Source: Balanoglossus misakiensis (taxonomy: Eukaryota > Animalia > Hemichordata). From it: DNA of 64,000 nt. Positions within the stretch are counted from its first letter, which is position 1. Each line of letters opens with the position of its first letter. The DNA is taken from positions 3,108,275-3,172,274 of the forward strand of contig CM082587.2 in assembly GCA_040954595.2 (NCBI GenBank), given 5' to 3'. A program made the position numbers and the translations under genes. The notes under the pieces were generated by a model that was given only the letters and a program-made list of their open reading frames with translations, was not told where the DNA came from and made no database searches. Positions 28,649-43,200 of this stretch are shown one piece after another.

Positions 28649-29000
28649 CTCGATCTCGAACGTGGACCGATGAGTGTGTGGTGCGCGATCGTTTACATAC
28701 ACACAGCTTCAACATTCAATGTTGCGCGTTGACGTGACTTTAGAAATCCACACAAAACGGGCAGTGTCGCCGATCGGACACTTTCCCCGTGTTGGTATAT
28801 GTTCTGATAGCTTCCTGGTTATCTGAACGATGTAGAATCGACGGAAATAAAACCGCTGAGGAGTTCTTCACCTCTCCATGATTTAGCTACCACTCTGCTG
28901 CATTATTCACATTGCCCTGTGTGTTTATCGTAGCTGCTTGCCGCCAGCATTGAATTACATAATTGATTTTGACCTTATTTGGTTATCTGTGACGTCACGC
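28649..29000 (-). promoter_or_regulatory. Probable non-coding first exon and promoter of the TGFBR3-like gene, inside a CpG-rich domain (~26850-29850)
   Basis: Strong donor GAG|gtaagc at 28649 pairs with acceptor ttgtttttcacag| at 27647, upstream of the ATG exon. CRE palindrome TGACGTCA at 28990-28997. CpG density is visibly higher than in the flanks. Confidence 0.5.
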
Positions 29001-29369
29001 ACCATATATGGGCTATGTAAACAAATTATATATTAACTAGTAAACAGGGAGGCAACAGGTATACCCGATTTCTGGTCAAAGTGGAACTCTACCCAAGGGC
29101 CACGAAACAAACCAAGTAAACACAAATTATCGGCATCGATCCAAGATAACAATGTCAACTTTCCGGGTTAGGGAACGAGTTCATTGACTTGTAAAGAACG
29201 CCGATGAGGCTCACCGATACCGTGAAATCGACAACCTTGCATCAGGGACCTTGCATGACGGTTCCAGATGTTGCATAAAAAACTTAGCCAAATGAAAAAT
29301 TGCACGGGTTTTACGATTTCATTTATTCCGACAACATCAAACTATCGGTGGTGATGCAGTACCCGGTAT

Positions 29370-29446
29370 GGATGGACGGACGGACGGATGGAGAGAGAGA
29401 GAGAGAGAGATGGAGAGAGAGAAGAGAGATAAGATAGATAGATAGG

Positions 29447-29491
<45 letters not shown>
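29370..29491. repeat. Compound microsatellite (GGAC/GGAT)n-(GA)n-(AGAT)n
   Basis: Directly visible tandem di- and tetranucleotide repeats; source of the spurious LSIY-repeat ORF. Confidence 0.95.
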
Positions 29492-29492
<1 letters not shown>

Positions 29493-31249
29493 CGTTCATT
29501 TTCGATATAGTTGCCTAACACCTTATATAATGGAGTTAACATACATAGCTTTTGGTAATTTCTATCGAGAAAAAAACATCGAAAAAAGGGTCAGAAAATA
29601 AAGCGGTCCCAGAAACGCCCGCAAAATTACAGTGCCCGTGAGTGCTGCAAGAAGCGATTTGATACGCAAAATGTGCACTTCCCTTGGCTTTAAAAACAAA
29701 TCGAATATGTACTGAATTGGAATATACTTGAAACATAACTAACATATCGCGAAAATCATCGCAGATAGTAGAGCGACTTTCTTGCTTCCAAGGAAAAAGC
29801 GCAACTCTAAGATGGTCACGTGACCATAATGCGCATCCTACAGCAAACGCCCTCTATAGATTACTCACAGCAATTCTTTCTTTTAAGGTTATCTTTTCAA
29901 TAAAAAAAGACTGCACTGGTAAAACAATTCTTGATACTGAAACACCAAAGCACAGTGACTCACACTGATAGCATTTGTTGTGCACTGAGTGTAAAGACAA
30001 AAAAAATGCTGGAATCTACACATTTACATCATCAAGGAGTTTTTAATGATCTAAAATGTATACCACATGAACATTTACAGAAAAATAAATTCAGATCGCC
30101 TGACAGAGTTCAAGAATACTTGAAGATGTCATCTTTTGTCATGTACAGAATTTGTGAGTAACGTTTCGGTTTATGTTGTTGGCAAGATTTTAATATTTGG
30201 TAAAAAAGGACATACAAGGAAATGGCTGTAGAAGCAATCAGAAGAAATACAATATTTATTTTGCTGCCTTTGGCACTTATCAAATTTCTATGGAGAAAAT
30301 TCCTGAGTCCGTTCAGATTTTATACAATTAGTTTGAGTACTTGTAAGTATCAAATTTACAAAAAGTAATACTTCTGGGGTATTATCATAATGTCAGTTTC
30401 AAAGGAAAAGATGTCAAGTGTGAAGGCAAAGAATCATGTGGCAAAGAGATTAAAAGTTACAAGCTGACTGACTTTTATTTCAAATATATAAAAGTATGAC
30501 TTTGCATGAATTACAAAAAATGAATGAGGATATATTATATATAAAATCCACAAAAAGGAAGTTTTCTTAATAAAAAGATTGTGTGAAATTTCCTCAGGAA
30601 GTACAAAAATACAAAATATGAAACCTGTTTTATAACAGTTTTTCACTGATTACATTTCAGATTTGAGGTTATTTGAGGTGAATTTCCCCTTTTGTATCGA
30701 CTAATCAACAATACTGTTGCATTTAATTAGAAACTTACATATGAAAGGAACACCAGTATTGGTTCTCTTGATGAGTCATGTGATGAGTGTGGAATGCATA
30801 GTTACTTTTTTGACTGCAAACAGTAATCACGAATAAAAAACAATACAGTCAAAATTATGGTGCAAATCTTCTGGTAAATTATTTTATGCAGACATTAAAC
30901 AATTTGGCAATTCCAGTTTCGGTATAAAATAAAGTCATTTGCTGATCAATGTTAAAATTTACCAATACTAGTCTGTGGTGATTCCAAATTTATGTGAAAA
31001 GAAGGAGATAGAAAAGAAAAGTTTATCATGTGATCTTTTTCACCCAATGAATCAGCCGAATATCCATGTTTTGTGAAGTAAATTTAAGTATCTGAAAGGA
31101 GTGCTGTGATTGGCTCTCAAAGGTCATGTGACATGCCAGGACCATTTAGAAGTATTTTTATGCTTGACTATTTACAAAGAATTGGCATTGAGTGCTGTTT
31201 TTTAAGTGTCTGTTGCACTCTTAAATACAAAGACATGCTCAGTTCTTTT

Positions 31250-34200
31250 TCAGTGTTCTGGGGCACTACCACTGTAGTGTTCACCGCTGCTTATCCTGCT
31301 GTCCATGTCTTCTATTCTACTGTTGTGTCTCCCGACTGAATCTATGAACTGATTCATTCTGGAATCCAATGGTCTGCCAACTCGGTTCACATCTCCTGTT
31401 TAGAGAGACAGAAAAAATACATGCACATGAAATAATCAAATGAGTTGAGCAGGTTAGATCACAGTAGTCTTGATTTTTTCAAAACACCCACGTCGATTAG
31501 ACGTGTTCCAAAAGTAGGATCACCGTAAATGTTAGATTAGTAAAAACCAACCCAGATTTATAGCTCATTCTCAGTTGGAACTCACCAAGCAAGCTTCCAT
31601 CTCTGTCCAAAAGAACCCTGCCATTCACACTGCTGTCTAGATGATCGGTGGTTATGGGACCGCCGGATCCAGTCAGCCTCTCCAACGACCTCGACCTTGT
31701 GGGTCTCTTGGCTGCATAACCGTGCCTCCTATTGGACGGTGATGTGGGCGAGGTATCCTGTGAAAAGACAAAGTAGGTGGGGGGGGGGGGGGGGGGTTGT
31801 TTTAGATAAGAAATTTTCAAAAGAAATAAAGATATTTTCTAGAAATGACACCACACTACTACCGATAAGTAAAAGTGGAAATAACTGACACTAAGCACTC
31901 AGATTTTCTTAGAACCCCTCTGCCAGCAAGCACATCCAGCAGTGAATTATAGACTCAGAATTGGCCGGTTCTAATACAGATCTAATCAGCTTTCTCACCA
32001 TGGGCAAGTGTCCAACACCGTCATCTTGACTAGGCGAATCGTGAAGCGATGGCATCACCAACTCGCTGGCCGATGACGTGCTCCACGAGCGGGTCCTGTC
32101 GTCCGCTCCGTTCAGCCCCGAGTAGTGGTCGCCGCCACTCCTCGATCCGGTAAACTTTCCCGGCGAAACCAGCGCACTTTTCAACGCCACCTCGGACTTG
32201 CTCCAGTAGTCGCTGTCTTTGACGTCCGACAGCCCGTTGACCCCGTCCAACCGGCTTGCCGTGCTCATGGACGAGTACGACCGGGAGTTGGAAGTGACCA
32301 GGTCTTCCAGGTTCTCCAGTTTCTTCTTCAGGTTCCGGAGGGTGGATTCCGACTTGCGGCGCACGTCCTCCAGAATGCCGGCCTTGTTGGAGAAATGCTG
32401 GCGCAGCTTCAGCTGGAGGACAAAAGAACAGAACGAACCATCTTCAGCTTTAAACTAAAGCTATCAATCTGTATCTGGGTTTTCTGGTGTGAGCAAATCT
32501 TACAAAGTCTGGGAGTTGTGTAACAGCATTTTGCTGAGTACACTGTCCCATTTCTTTAACTAACTGTACAATTTGGAATATTGAAGCAAACCCATTCAAG
32601 TTATCATAACTCCAAAATTTATCAGTTCACAAACCTCCCCAATTACACATGTGTGCACAATGTTTTGTGCCAAGCTCGTAAACTGTCTCACTTACTTTCA
32701 GTTGGTCTTGTTCTTGTGTTAGTTTCTCATGCATGGCTTCACTTCGCCACGACAGATCTTCCAGCGGTGTGGAGTGTGGTCTTTGTGGGTCTGTGTCTCT
32801 CTCTGGTAGATGTTCGAGTCTGGACTGTTGGCAAGGTACATGTATATTAGAATTTACACACAGTGGATAGTGTGTTGCTTTGATGAGGGGGTTTCTTTCA
32901 TTCCTGGATGTATTTGTGGAGGACGCACAAAAAAAAGCCGTGAAATTTCATGGGATCAAAGTCAGTCACATCAACAAATGAAGTTCACTCATGCATACAG
33001 GGTTTCATATGCTCAAAGTCACTCAAAATTCCAGGAGTTTTTTTCAGGGGGATTTTCTGAGTGCTTTTAGAGGTCAAAGAAATGCTACTGGTATTTAAGT
33101 GATCGTTTGACATTTCACGATAGCACTTAGCGGCAAAATCAATGTTCCAGAACTTTCCATTCCCAAGTTTAATTTCTCCTGACTTTCATGAGTGGTTTCA
33201 AATTCCGGGATTTTCCAGGCGGGCACAAACCCTTGAGATAGGCTTGAAGGGAAACATAAGACAAATGACATCAGAACCTGGCTGCAACACAAACCCTCAA
33301 TGTCAAACTTACAGCCTTCAAATTGTGGTGAAAGACATCCAGTTGCAGATTCAATTTCTCCTTCTGGGAGTGTAGCTGCTCCAGTTCGTCCAACACTTCC
33401 ATTCTGGACATCTCCAGATCTTTGAGACCATCCTGCACTTCGTTCTTGATGTCCGACTTCAAGGCTTTAATGGAGCTTTGCAAGCGCTGCTCCCTTTCAT
33501 CAAAATCAGCCTGTGATCGTAACTACATCGTGAAAAAACACAACAAACTTAAAATTTGAGACTGTCTTTCCCTAATTACTTGTACACAAACGTAAATTTG
33601 ATGAAAATAAAAAATAGCAGAATCAGGCTTTCTAGCAATTCTCAATATGCAATTCTCAGGTGAAGACAAATTCCATGTTCTCATTGTGTGTGTATACTAT
33701 ACATCATTATACCCTGCAAAATATATTTTTTCCCCCCACAGGACATCGATACACATTTGAAACAAGTCCACTCCCTGGGGACACAGTGCAGAAAGATGCT
33801 GGCTGTTTTAGAATAAGTGGGCACTTTCCAGTATTTGTTCCCCCGCCTGGTTGTATAGACAACTGTCACGAGTGGATTTCAGTTTGATCGATGGGGTGCA
33901 ATTTTCTGTGTGCATTGCACCATGTTTTGTGACGGTGTATTTTTTACATCAAAAGTGCATTCATCATAATTTACATGTGTGTGACAGCTTTGTTTTTCTT
34001 GACCTGGTTGTTCAATCAACTACACAGATGCGGGGAGTACATTCGAGGGCACTGGCCAATCCAAAAACATAAAGACTTGAATTTTATTTGTTTCAGGTGA
34101 CAAATCTCCAATGAAAATGTTCAAATCTGCGATATCTACAGACACTACCAGGGTCTATCAGAAACAAAAGGGAAAAGATAGATTTTATTTAATGCAGCAA

Positions 34201-37200
34201 TTTCTGTTGTAGTGAATTAGATTGTCATCAAAGTGAACAGCTGAGGCACAGTGTGATAATGGACCAATCGCAGAAACCGGTAGAAACAATGGAAAATCTA
34301 TTCTGGTTTTGCTGTAAAACATGATGAGAGAGACTTAAAAATAGGTCTTTGTACTGTAGCTGCGACGCATGGATATTGGCCAATTTGAATTTTACGCGGA
34401 TATCATTTCTCGTGTCTGTCATCAATCACTCAGGCAACAACTTGGAAATAATGAGACAATAAATGATACATCAGGGAATGTAGGCCGCATGATTTCCAGG
34501 TTGTACTCAAGAGTCCATGGCAAGGTCAATTTGATTAAATCTAGCTGTAATGCAATACATTTACATGATAAAACGTTTGGGGACTGTCGCTGTAAGTTCA
34601 CAGCGAGGTCACAGCGAGGTCACGGCAGGGGAAAGTGTATCATGACCAGGGGCGACTATTGCAGTCAGTCGCCTGGGCGGTTAACTTGACAGCTGTGAGA
34701 CAGTGACAAAGAAAACTAGTAAACATATAACGAGACTGGCTTGGCCAATGTCCAACGAGAGGGGAGGGGGTCCCCAAACTGGCCCTAGAAGGTGATTAGC
34801 ACGGGGAGCTGGGGAGGGGAGAGGACAGCATCAGAACAGAGTCCTAAAAAGCCAATAATCATCAGTCAAACAGAACACTACTCTCCAAATGATAAATTTT
34901 CGACAAGTAATGAAACAGTGGCCACATTTTTTTTACCATTCTTTGCTTTGCTGACACAAAATATCTTCACTTTGTACGTGCACAGTGAACTGTGACAATT
35001 TCCAATTTCAGAAATCGGTCAACTGTAAATTGCTTTGTTCATCAGATTCAAAATCCGCCCCATCGCCAAAGAGATTTATTTTCATTTTTTACGACTCGAT
35101 ACACATCTTTGCATTTTGCACATGCACAGCACAATGCCTAATGAAACTTTTCTCAGAATCTTATATATTGCTGCAGGTCACAGTCTGCAGATGGTAAATG
35201 CTCACCACTACTTCTCATTTTTGGAAAATGAGTGATGCTGTAGAGCACAGCTCACACCCGACCTTTTCCTGAACCCCCCCCCCCCCTTCCCGACCCAAAT
35301 AGCTACCCTCATCTCTGCTGTCCCTTTTTTGAACTCAACATCAAAACCTTTCTACACACTTCCCAACAGAACCATTTCAAAACCTGCAAATGCTAGCATT
35401 ATGCCTATTTGCGGACTTTTGTTTCGACGGCTGTTACGAGCCCAGACTTCAATTCAAACTCGGTGGCACATGCATGTGTGGTACAAAGGACTGCCAAGAT
35501 TAGAACACTGCAGGCAAACAGGCTTTTCAACATCACACACCATCAGTCACACCTCTATACAACATGATTTCAAACTGACCCTGATGTACTTTTCCCCCCA
35601 AGTCAGCTACCTCTGGGTGAACTCTCACTCTCTGCAGTGTCACCAAAACCCACTTATCTCACCATCAAATAGAACACAAACTCGTGTGTCCTATTTTTCT
35701 GTAAAAACTATATGCAAACAATTTATGATACCCTAATACTTAATTTATCAGTGTTAAAAATAAATTTGATGGCGAACATTCCCAGGTACCTACAAATGAA
35801 ATGTTTAATGTAACTGGACTGACAAGTCCATAAAAAAAATGAACAAAGAAACTGCCTCGAAAACGCAACTTTGCTTTTTAGGAGGACAGATAGCGAGATA
35901 CATAGACAGACAGACACACAGAAAGATAGACAGATCGACAGCCAGTCAAATATAGAATCACCCACCTGTTTCTTGACTTGTAAATACTCTTGTCGGATGG
36001 AGTTCAATTCTTCGCTCAGTCTGTTTGCACGGGAGCAATGGTCGTGCGCTGTCGATTCCAAATTCTGTATTTCGCTCGTTAAGCCATTCCTCTCCTGATC
36101 AAAATCCTGTGATAAATTGAAATATCACATTAAAACTGTCCCAGTTGTAAGGTTTTTATAGTGTGTGACCGCCGGTAGTGTAGAGAATGGTGTTGATTCT
36201 AAAACATAGACTCACTGTGTATGCCTTCTCCAGCTGTTCTCTGGCTGATGTCAGTTCCATTTTCAGTTCTGCTATCTGACGTTCGCACTCTTGTTTATCC
36301 TAAATGTAGAGAATAATGATTGTTTAAATTAGTGTTTCATTTGTGAACCCTCCCCAATTAACACACAACACATACATACATATAACATAGGTTTACGCCC
36401 AACACTTACATTTCTTAGTGTCTGAATCTCATTGTGTGTAAAGTTCAGGGTTTCTGCCAGCTGACTTTTTTCTTCTTCCCTTTCCTTGAGACCTCTCTCT
36501 AACGTTGTGATCTGTTCGCCTGGAAAAGTTAACAGAAAAGATTCATTGGACTGAGAAAAGGCGTTAGGTAGTGCATGGTTTTCACATTAGGATAGGCTGG
36601 CTAGTGGGGTGATAATGTTGTGCTTTTACTCACCGAGAAGTCCAACCTTGTCTTCGAGCGACTGGTATTTCTCCTTGGTGAGTTGTAGTTTTTCCATCTC
36701 TCTCTTGACGTTGTGAAGTTTGGCCGTGGTCTGGTCCAGCTCATCGCGTTTGCTCTGGATGTCTGCGTTCACTGTCTCCAGCTCCACGTTCAAGTTTGCT
36801 ATCAACTGTGGATGTTATAAAACCCAGTTTAATGTGATTTAATTTGCAGCCTAACTGCTGTGCCTTGGACGTGACAAGGAGTGAATGAGAAACTTCAAAG
36901 AAGAGAAAGATGGCAATACATGATTCTAATTCCATGACTTTCGACCGAACAGGAAAAGAAAATTGAAATGATCTGCAGTATTTACCCGGTTCTGCTTGAT
37001 CTCTTCCCTTTCAATCTCCGAGTGTAGTCGCTGCAGCGCCCTCTTTCGTTCATCCAGCTGGAGCGTGTTTTCGTCGATCTCTTTGAGGAGCGTGTGCAGT
37101 TCCTCTTGTTTCCTCTTCTCAAGCGCCACGCTTTCGTTCAGGTTCTCTTTACTCTTGTCAATCATCGACTGAAGTCTGTCCAACTCGCCGGCTGTCTCGC

Positions 37201-40200
37201 TCTTTCTTTTCACCGAATCTCGAAGTTCCTGACATCAGAATCAAAAGGCAGTTGCATATTTTGTTATGAATCAACTAGGAACTTTTGTCCACGTGTATGT
37301 CTCATCATGTAATTAAATAATTACAGCACCATGACTGGGGCTTAAAAGTTCCTCTATTTTGACAAGGTATCTTAAAAGAAGTAGAAATCAAGCATGAACT
37401 CTACTGCTTACCTGTTCAAGGTTGAATTTTTGTTCTTGTGCTTCTGTGATATGTCGTTTGACGCCCTTGAGTTCATTCTTGTTTTCTGGCATGAGAAAAA
37501 CAAAGGTGAAAGAATCACACTTTCTGGTCTTGAGAGGGCTCCCTTCCATAACAATGGTCAGGCAAATGTTATACATATACATGTATCTCAAAGATTGCAA
37601 ATAAAATCTGTAGGAATCAAAGAAATGGTTCAATGCACTGCGATTGTTTGCTTACAATTACTTGAAAGTGTTACTTATTTGATACCTTTGATTTGTTGCT
37701 TCAGTTGTTGGACATCTTTTTGAACGGACATTTTCTGGTTTGAGGTTTCCTCAAGCTCTTTTTCCATCTGAACAATTTCTTGGCTCATCTTTTCAAGTTT
37801 GGTTTGGGCTCTGTGAATGTCGTCTTCAACATCCGTCTGTCTCCTATTACAATTTACACATACAGCAAGACAATGACCATGAAATAAAATTCCAAAATAC
37901 ATCCCGTTTCTGACAAACAAACATTCAAAGTGGGATAAAAAAATCAAAATGGCGCCCTTACTTTTTCAGTTGCGAAATCTTGTTCTCCAGACTGCTACAG
38001 TTGCTATCTAACAATTCCTTCTCTTTGCTCAGTGTTTCTATGTTGTCATGTATGAGTTTTCTCTCGGCTCCCAGTCTTTCTGCGTCTGCTTTCTCCTTTT
38101 CCACGATCTGTTTGGTCCGTTCCAGTTCCGTTCTCTTACGTTGAGCTTCAGTCTCTAGTTTTTCTAACTCTGATTTTTCCTGTGAAGAGTTGGGAAAGTA
38201 TAATGAACCAGGCAGTTCAGCTTCTGTAGAAAGCAGGCAGTTCAGTTAATTCTGCGCGAAGAACACACTTCACACGAACAGAAAAACACATTCAAAAGCA
38301 ATTACCTCAATCACAGCAAGCTGCGTCTTCTCCAGAGCCGACATCTTTTCGTTGTGTTGCTGTTTCAGTGCCTCCAACTCGGTCTTCTCCAGCTGCAGCA
38401 TCTCCAGCACGTGCTTGAGTTCCGTCTTGTGCTTGTTGACGTTGGAGATGAGGTGCTGCAACGTCTCATCTTCCTGCTCAGTGCTGTCGCGAAGTTTGAT
38501 CAGCTGTGTCTTCTTCTCGCTGACGGCCACGTCCAGCTCGTCCCTCTGGGCCGTCAGTTCCTCCAAGGCACTTTGTACTTTCTGATTGTGACAAAAGCGT
38601 AAAAAAATATTTTATCACATTATGCTACAGATGAAATGTTATCCCCACAAACTTTCGCCAAAAACAAACAATTTCCATCCTTTGTCATTCATAGTTTTTT
38701 ATTCTTAACAGACCTCCCTCTCTGTCGCAATGACGCAAAAGACACACCACATGCTGAATGATATCTCACCCTGATATCTCTGTGTTTCTTGCTGACGTCT
38801 GTGTCGTTGTCTGTCAGCACAGCCGTCAACTCCACCTTCTTCTTCTCAACACTCTCCAGCAGGTGTTCAAGTTCCGCTTTCCGTTGGCTGATCTCCCGGT
38901 CGATGTCTTCAAGAACACCTCGCTGGAATGTCAAATACGAAACACTCTTATCGTAAAAATGCACAGTCCACTGGTGAGCAGATCACATCATTTTCAACTA
39001 TCAAGTTATTTTTGATGTACATTTACTCTCCTACTGTGTTAGATAGCTAGACCTTCAGAAGTTTGTGAGAAAAAGTTACCTTTTGTAGTAGGTCCCTGTC
39101 TTCACCCAAGACAAGCTCTGTCTGTAACCTGTCCAGTCTGGAAGCAAAAACAAAGTTCCGACAGTGATAAGACATGTTTAACATGACATGACATGACTAA
39201 AGTTCTTCCCCATGTGTACATAACTCCATGATATGAACCGCATGCCAACAGTTGGATCCAAACCTATTTTACATGCCCACGACCATGTTGAATATCTCAT
39301 GCAGTAATTTATTCACCCTCCAAAGATGACACTCCCACAGACTGATGCTAAAACAACCTGCTTTTATAGCATCTGCTCCATCTACTAAACCCAGTCACCA
39401 AGTGAGTTTTGATCCAAACCACGGGTGAGATGGACAGTATCAGGATGGTTTCCCCCTGGAGATTTCCCACCACAACAGAGGTTAGGACATGAGCTGTGTC
39501 TGGTGGGAAAACGCCCAGGGGGTGACTGTCCTAGAGCCAGGTGGATACCACTGACAAGAACAAGACACTACAGAACACCAACAGAGGAAAACACAAGAGT
39601 GACACAGAACACAGAAAAGATATAAATTATAGAAGTCTAATAGATAAACTAATAAAAATTTCATTTACCAATTTTGGTATAGGTAACAGTGGAGCTCGTT
39701 TATGAGTGTTGACAAGAAGAAGGTTTGGCTAATATCTACCTGCGGCGCCTATGACTTTTACATCATTACCATTGCCATAACAGAGGGGGAAAAACAAAGC
39801 AACGACAAGAACATTGAGAAACGCACATGTAACAGATGCAGATTCAGGGCTTTCAAGTTTCCCATACCATTTTTTATAATCATATACTAACCAACTTACT
39901 GTGTATAACAGTTAGGCTTGATTCTGTGGGTCTCAAAGTGTACAGAGAAATCTTCTGTATGTAGTACGGAATTTTCATATGTCTTATTTCTCAGATATCA
40001 AATTGAGATGAATCTGACACTGGTACAACACACTGTACGATAACAAGAGGGCAGGGACTGGGAATGACACAGTATTGGTAACAACTAAACAACAGATCAG
40101 GGAAACGGGTGAGATAAAGATGTGATTCTTGACTCACCCAGAGGCACCCTGTGATCTTCTCTGATCTAAATCCCTAAAGTCTGCATTCCGGCTTGCGATA

Positions 40201-43200
40201 ATCCTATTAATCTCCCTAATCTCATCCTCTCTCTTCATCTTCAGCTGTTCCATTTCCTTGACGTCCGCCTTCAAGGAACCGAGCTCATCCTCCGCCCGGA
40301 CGAGATGCTCAGCGGTCTCTTGCGCTCGTTTTTCAATCTCCTCCGCGTCCTGTTGCGTGATTGTAAATTTCTCGACAGCTTCGTCATATCTTGAAATCGT
40401 TTCCTTGGCCTGGAACACAAACAAGTAGTTAATTGTTACAGGAGGTGGTGTCAAGCGCCCCCATTAGTTGACAAATGATCACTGCATGCAAATATTGTTC
40501 TCGTATCCAAGCTTTAAACCAGAATCAATGTCAATATCTCCATCAGTTATTTGTAAATAGTTCAGATTTCTAATTAACAAATATTTTACGTAGTCCACTT
40601 ATAACCTTTCACAAAAATTCCATCATCCAAATGCTGTTTGCAAACAAAGACGATCATTTGTTCTATATAATAAAGATCTAGGTTTGTCTTTTCCAAACAG
40701 GGGTGGGCCAAGATGGAAAACAGGGAGGGGCTGAACTTTTTGTCAGAAGGAGTACCTTTTCTCTGGCCATGTTGAGATCGGACCTGCACTCAAACAGGAG
40801 TCTGTCGGCCTCTCTTAGCTCGGCTCTGCGTTTGGAGAGCGTCTTCTCCAGACAGTGGATCTCCTCCATGATCTCGCTCTTCCTGTGTGCCGATTGGCCG
40901 GCATCCTCCTCTGTCTCATCGCTGTAGTCGTCACCCTCAGCGTGGCGTCCTGGCTTGCTCGGTGGCAAGTCCCTGGATGCCATGAACGACAAAACAAGAC
41001 GAAACACAAAACAAGACAAAAGAGGACAAAAAGAGAAAAGAAGACACAGGCACAGAGAGAACAAAGAAGGAGAGACAAAAAAGAAAGACATGTTAGATAA
41101 CTGTGTATAACTGAACATCATAATGTGGGATGCGTGAGTTATATAATGCTTTTAGTTAGGTATCAGTTGGTCTTTTGAATCAAGTCACCACCCCCGTGTG
41201 TCTTGTCACGATTGTTTGTTTTTAAAGTTCATATTGTCTGCTAAGTGGAAGTAGACAAGTAATGACAGTAGACAAATCTCATTTTTCGATCACTAATCTG
41301 CTGTCACATTATAAACTGTTGTTTTTCATGATTTTTATTCAACAAATTAAAAAAAGTGGGATTCACTTTCAAGTGTTTTCTTTATTCAATGCACTACAAA
41401 AAAGAACTGAACATTTTCACAAGTACGCTGTACACAGTGTACATAGCAACAAGTCTCATTCAACAGCATGGTGTCACTGCAGCTGAACACAAAATCGTCT
41501 TCTCTCTTCAATGCACAGATCTGGTTGATATCTACCCATGCACGACTTTACCCAGAAAAAAATGTTAATATTCAAAAACACCATCCTCATCCCCTATTGG
41601 ACGACACTCTGTCATGTGATGCCTGCTATCACCACCAGATATCATCCGGCTGATGTCTCGCAAGCCAATCCTGAAGCAATGAAAAATCAATCCAGATCAG
41701 TGCATTCTGGGATTGCACAAGTCACATGACAGTCACATGGGTAGGTTCCACCAATGCCGACAACAAAATGGACAGCACACACACATTAAAGGCAGCAATG
41801 AGGAAGCAACAGACTGCTCCTTGCTTGAAGCGCAGCTATTGCTGAAAGCATTTGACGGTACATGTTATAAGAGCCCTGGGGAAAATGAAAAATATGGGAT
41901 TTGGAGTACCTTCTTCTGGTTTCCTTTTCTCTGGAGGATTTTAATTCCTCCCTGTCTTTGTCTTTGGCTCGTTTAAGTCTTTGCAGTTCGTGCAAGGTAT
42001 CGTCTTTGTCACGTTTTAATTCGGCATCTTCGTCCTTCAGTCGGCGGAGGTTTGCTCTCTGTCGTTCGACGGCCAAGTCCAGGGCGTCCAACTCTTCCCG
42101 CTTTTCCTACGGAAAAAGGCAAGGAAATACAGGGTACAGTGGTACTTTCTAAATACAAGTCAGTTTTACCTTAGTTTACAGCTAAGCTAGTATTGGCATT
42201 TTAACCAGCATTTGCCAAACTTAGGACAAGACATCAATGGGAACATTAGCTTACTTCCAGCGCTTCTTCCAATCTCTCATGGACCAAGGAATCCGTACTT
42301 CCCGGACTGAAGCGACGCCTTCTCTTCTCCTTCTTCTTCTGTTTCTCCACAAGTTTATGAAGTCGGGCAACTTCATCCTCCTGTCAACAAACACATCATT
42401 CATCAAAACTTATGTTTTGCAGTATCCCATTTGCTTTGATTGCAGTCTGAGAAAAGTTATGTAGAAGTGAGTGAAGTATTCACAGGTCTGTGGTGGATAA
42501 TATGTTGGCATGACCACTCACCAAGTCGTGATGTTCGGGGACGTTACAAAACAGCATGTCGGCCGGCAACTCGATCTGCCGGGGCAGGACCTGCTGCTGC
42601 TGCAGCTGTTCCGTGGAGGTCACGATGACCGGTGCTGCAGCTGCAGGCGCTGCAGACGTTGCCAGTGGCACCGTCGCTGCAGGGTTGGCCGCCATGGCCG
42701 AAGCGGTGGGCGCGGGTACGAAGACTGCCTGCTGGGGGCCGCCAACGGGTGCTGCAGCCACTCCACTGCCTGCAGCAGAGCTGTAGCCTGGTGTACCTGG
42801 CTGTGGTGGTGGTGGTGCGTAGGGCATGCTGGTAGACATGTCAAAGTCTGGAGGTGGTGGTGGCTGCGATGGTGCTTGGCCGTGGGAATACGGGGGACCA
42901 TATGTGGCTGGTGGTGGCTGTGGACCAACAGGGCCTTGCCCTCCTGGGTACCCATACCCTGAAAAATGTAAAGATATACTTTCAAATCAGATTATCTGAA
43001 GGACGGCTAAATACATGATCCTTCAGGGTTCACACACTCAAAGTCATTACAATTCCAGGACTCCCAAGGGTTTTTGCGGGAGCTTACAAAAAACCAAACA
43101 TGGTGGGTGCATCTAGGGTCACTCACCTCTGTTGTCTGCTCTAGGGTAGTATCTGCCAGGGCTGCCATGGGGTGAGCTGTAATATCGGCCGTCATCCACC

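Noticed and set aside
31779-31796. Long poly-G/poly-C runs (also ~815, 5721, 6426, 16772, 22873, 35274)
   Set aside because: Simple homopolymers in non-coding sequence. They could form G4 structures, but there is no pattern suggesting function and lengths may be sequencing-sensitive.
41590-41670. Acceptor-like ttcag followed by an open frame in a CNTRL intron
   Set aside because: No phase-2 donor was found and the flanking exons join directly.
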